From the NCBI RefSeq assembly GCF_038025025.1, contig NW_027117343.1, forward strand, positions 124,001 to 188,000: a stretch of DNA of 64,000 nt, written 5' to 3'. Both the position numbers and the translations under genes were made by a program. The notes under the pieces were generated by a model that searched no databases, was not told the DNA's origin, and worked only from the letters and a program-made list of their open reading frames with translations. This DNA is from Phyllosticta citribraziliensis (taxonomy: Eukaryota). Positions 60,544 through 64,000 of this stretch are shown here, piece after piece (position 1 is the first letter of the stretch; each line of letters opens with the position of its first letter).

Positions 60544-61975
60544 TTGGCTGTGGTGGAGGGATGCTGGCGGGCTGGCTGGCTTGTTTCCCTCACTTCTCTT
60601 CAATTGTTCTATAGACCCACCTACCACGCGCGCTCTTTTTCTGGGCGCGTACGGCATGGCATGATGACATGAGACAAGGCGACGTTGCCATCACTCGTCG
60701 CTCCCGTCTCCTCGATGAGCCGGCCGTCTTTTTAAATCACACTCCATTACGTCGACGAAGTTGATGACCTCACCTTGTCTCTGAATCTCTATGCCTTTGG
60801 CCTCTTTCTTTCCCTCTCGCCTTCCTCTGCCTCCCTCTGCCCTCTCTCTCTCTCCACGCGCCTCAGCCGTTCGCTCCCCGCGGCCCTGTTTGCCTCGTAC
60901 ACCCTACCCTGCCCACGTCTGAATGACTGCGGCTGCCGCTGCTGTGGCAGTAGCAGCAGTACCGGAAAGCAGCGAAAAGTGGAAGATTCTCGACGAAGTG
61001 AAGTGAACTGACGCCCCCCTTTTTTCTTTCTTTTCTTTCCTTGGAAATTCCTGCCACCCCCCCCGCCTCCTCTCTCTGAGCAGCAGGTCTCGCGCCCGCA
61101 TCGCCCTTGTCGCCAGCTGCGCGCCCGACTGTCGCGCCGGCTAGCTTCGCTGCCGGACGTGCTGTGGAAGACTGTCGCTGCCGCCGCTGCTGCTGCTGCT
61201 GCTGCTGCTTAGGCAATGTCAAATGTCGAGGCCTGGGCTTCTGCGGCGAGCAAGGCAGGTGCGCGGGTGAGCTCGCCGCCGCAACGCGTGGGGTGTCTCG
61301 TCAGAAGAAGCCGCGCGGCGGGGGCCCTTCTTTCTTAAATGTAGCAACAGTAGACTTTCTCTTCGTCAGTGAACTTTCCGAAAGACCATTTATCAACAAA
61401 CCCACTGCTCGACTCCAGTAGCTTGGTGTTTGTTCTCTTCTATTCTGTTCAGGTCTTTCACATGCGTGCGTCGAACGAGCTACGTTCCGGTCAGTCGGCC
61501 CTCTGGCACCTCACTTAAGTTCCACGGTCACATCGCATCGCCCTGCCTTCTCCTTTCTCTCTCCAGCCCGTGCGAGCGCCTCGCCAATCCAAACGACGCG
61601 AACGCGCTTGTGATCGGGCCATATCATCTGTCCGGTGGCGGCCGGCGTGGCCCAGGCCCTCCTTCCTCTCTTACAGCCCATCGCAGAACAATGAGATGGT
61701 AAACCGTCATTTCTGTAAGGATCGCGCCGACCTGACTCCTTGTACTCATCCATCCCACCGGCGCCAGCAGGCGCGGCAAACCCAGTCAGCACCCAAAGGC
61801 TCAATGTGCTTGCTTGCATCCCATGGCGAAATCTGCTGGTTTCTGGCATGCTGGATTGGATTGGATTGGCGCAGTTCGTTCCAGCAAGAAGCGAAGCCGG
61901 TGCGTGCCGCTGTTGACGTCGCGCTGGAGGTGCTAGAAGAGGAAGTCGTGCGGCGGCCGCTTGTTCATGAGGTAT

Positions 61976-61979
61976 GGGG

Positions 61980-62018
<39 letters not shown>
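61976..62018 (+). repeat. Poly-G tract (~36 uninterrupted G plus flanking G run)
   Basis: G homopolymer 61983-62018 in a region without a convincing gene. Confidence 0.9.
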
Positions 62019-62021
<3 letters not shown>

Positions 62022-64000
62022 GTTGAAGGCGGCGGGACCCGCGGTTGCGTTGCCTCGGAGAAAGCCCCTAACGGACTACCATGCCAATCACAACTGACGT
62101 CACGTCACCTACATCGGACGGGAGTGAAGCGAGGGCCAGCATCTGAAAAAGGGGTGTCAGTATACGGGCAGCCTTTCTGGACGGTTGATGGTCAGGAACG
62201 GGCAAGGTACCTGGTAGTTTGCGGTCGGATTTCGCCACATTCAGTGGTGGTTTCTCCGCACGCTGAGTTGGTGCTCAGGTCAGGGACGGTGCAGGTCAGG
62301 CTTTTCGCGGTTTGCGGTCACGTCTCGCACGCTCGACGATGCCCAGGAACGGCGTCAAGTCTCAGATGTCGGTGACGGGGCTCGGTGCAGTGCTGAGTCC
62401 CTCTCAGGGCCAGTCACGCTCAGGAGCGAAGGAGCGCGACTCGTCGAACGTGGTAGAAGTGACGGCGGCGGCGAGATGCGGCGAGCGGCGACGGTGCTGG
62501 CGAGAGAGGATTGCTGCACTGACTGAGAGGCGCCAGGTTGCTCAAGTGGAGCGGAAGACATTCGCGGGAGGGCTTATAGTCAGGTGGGAGGTGTGCGGTG
62601 TGCTATGGCAAGGTGGATGAGTCGAGAGTTCGTGTTATGACACCAAGCGGCGGCGAAGATGTTGATGGGAGGTGTGCTGCGCGCCGGCGACGACGACAAG
62701 ACGTGCCGGTGACTTGCGGGGTTTGGCGAGCGCGCGGTCAGCACATCGCCCTGGGCACCAGGCTCACTACTTCAGATGTCTGGTCTGGCAGTGCGCAGTT
62801 GGGCGAGTAGGTAGGCGCGGTGGTGTGTCAGTTCTTCCAAAACGGGGGTCATTCTTTGCGAGGAGGGTAAGGGGTCAGGGGGCAGGCATTCAGCGGCGCA
62901 GTCTCAGTGAAAGCAAGCAACACTACCATTGCACACACCTTGCTTTTGCGAATCTGTATTGTTTCTTACAGGTAGGCTTGATTGTCGCGCAACGCGTAGG
63001 ACACGCCTCTCCTCTCGCAAACGCTAGAATCTGTCCTGCAATGTAGAGCGCCGGGCACTCCCGCCGTTCTGCAATATGTTTTGCGATGTGAGCCTGAAGG
63101 CTTGTAGACCCATGCGCAGACCCATGCGCAGTATGCTGTCGACCAGTTCGACAATCGTGGTAAAGGGCTGCGATGGCATGGCTCCGGACAGTTCAAGAAT
63201 ACCGCTGCGCTATACTCTTCGACATGGAAAAAGGGGGGTTTCCGTTGGATGCGGGAGTCGCCCTCGTAGACCATGTGGATGATGGCCCGCACCGCAGCAG
63301 GCTGTGCTGCGTGTAGGTCAATGCCGTTCGTGTCGACTACTTCGCCTTCTATCAGCAGCCATCAGGACAATGTTCGACGAAAAGGAAGGACTGGTTGCAA
63401 ACCGTGGCTCTATTCGCGGAGTCTAAAGCCTTGCAGAGAACGTCGTTCCGAGAAGTTCTGAAAATAAACGATTGCTCCAGGAGGCCAGGTACGCTCTTCA
63501 TGAAAGGGAAAAGGCATATTGGTGGAGCTGACCGACCGACCTGAGAAAAGGCGCCTAGCCGGTTCCTCTGTTGACCAGGATGCACGCATGGCGCAGATCA
63601 ATGATCCTGGAAAGAGTTATTGCCCCCTGAACGACCAACGGCTCCGGTCAACGACCTTGCATCAACGACAGCTTAATTCACAGAATTTGCAGAGGCATGG
63701 GCCGTATGGCAAGCTTTCTGCCGCTGTTGAAAGCATGATAGGGGAGAATACGGTTTGGCCCTACAGTACTGGATGCAGAGTGAGTGGCTTGAAAGGGGTG
63801 CATGCGAGCGAGCATCTTTCGCTTCCTCCCGCGAGGCTTGCAGGGGGCTACCTAGCACCGGACTTCCGCGGAAAAGCCAAACCTCAACGTCAACGGGCAT
63901 GGCACAGTGGAGGCCGGACTCACGGACGCTAGGCACGGTCGAAGCAGCAAAAACAGCCACAGTGGGAGACAGAGGACGCGAGCGCAGTGATGAGGGCGTT

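Noticed and set aside
61976..62018. Poly-Gly ORFs over the G tract
   Set aside because: Homopolymer (length possibly an assembly artefact); no coding evidence.

Overview
Eukaryotic, GC-rich, gene-dense DNA from a filamentous ascomycete (Pezizomycotina). Evidence: short GT-AG introns with CTRAC branch sites and typical fungal housekeeping genes. Conserved genes: PET191/COA5, a DHHC palmitoyltransferase, a secreted aspartic protease, a cytochrome P450, a secreted lactonase-type beta-propeller, a HAD-IIA hydrolase, acetyl-CoA carboxylase (ACC1), a 2OG-Fe(II) dioxygenase/SDR divergent pair, a Whi3-like RRM protein and mitoribosomal mS45 (MRPS35/Bot1). Two minus-strand accessory islands flank ACC1 (about 22.1-29.0 kb and 41.2-51.2 kb). 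Together they hold four paralogous, intronless, stand-alone retrotransposon-Gag/capsid-like genes (coiled coil + capsid-like domain; no zinc knuckle, pol or visible LTR), plus seven BTB/POZ genes or relics in various stages of decay. This is the best candidate for an undescribed system: domesticated capsid genes next to putative Cullin-3 adaptors. Other notable signals: a 128-codon in-frame extension behind the ACC1 UAG stop (candidate readthrough), a box C/D snoRNA in the MRPS35 intron, and a free-standing His-Cys-box (His-Me finger) endonuclease gene preceded by a ~97-bp tandem duplication. All family assignments come from motif recognition by eye; no searches were run.
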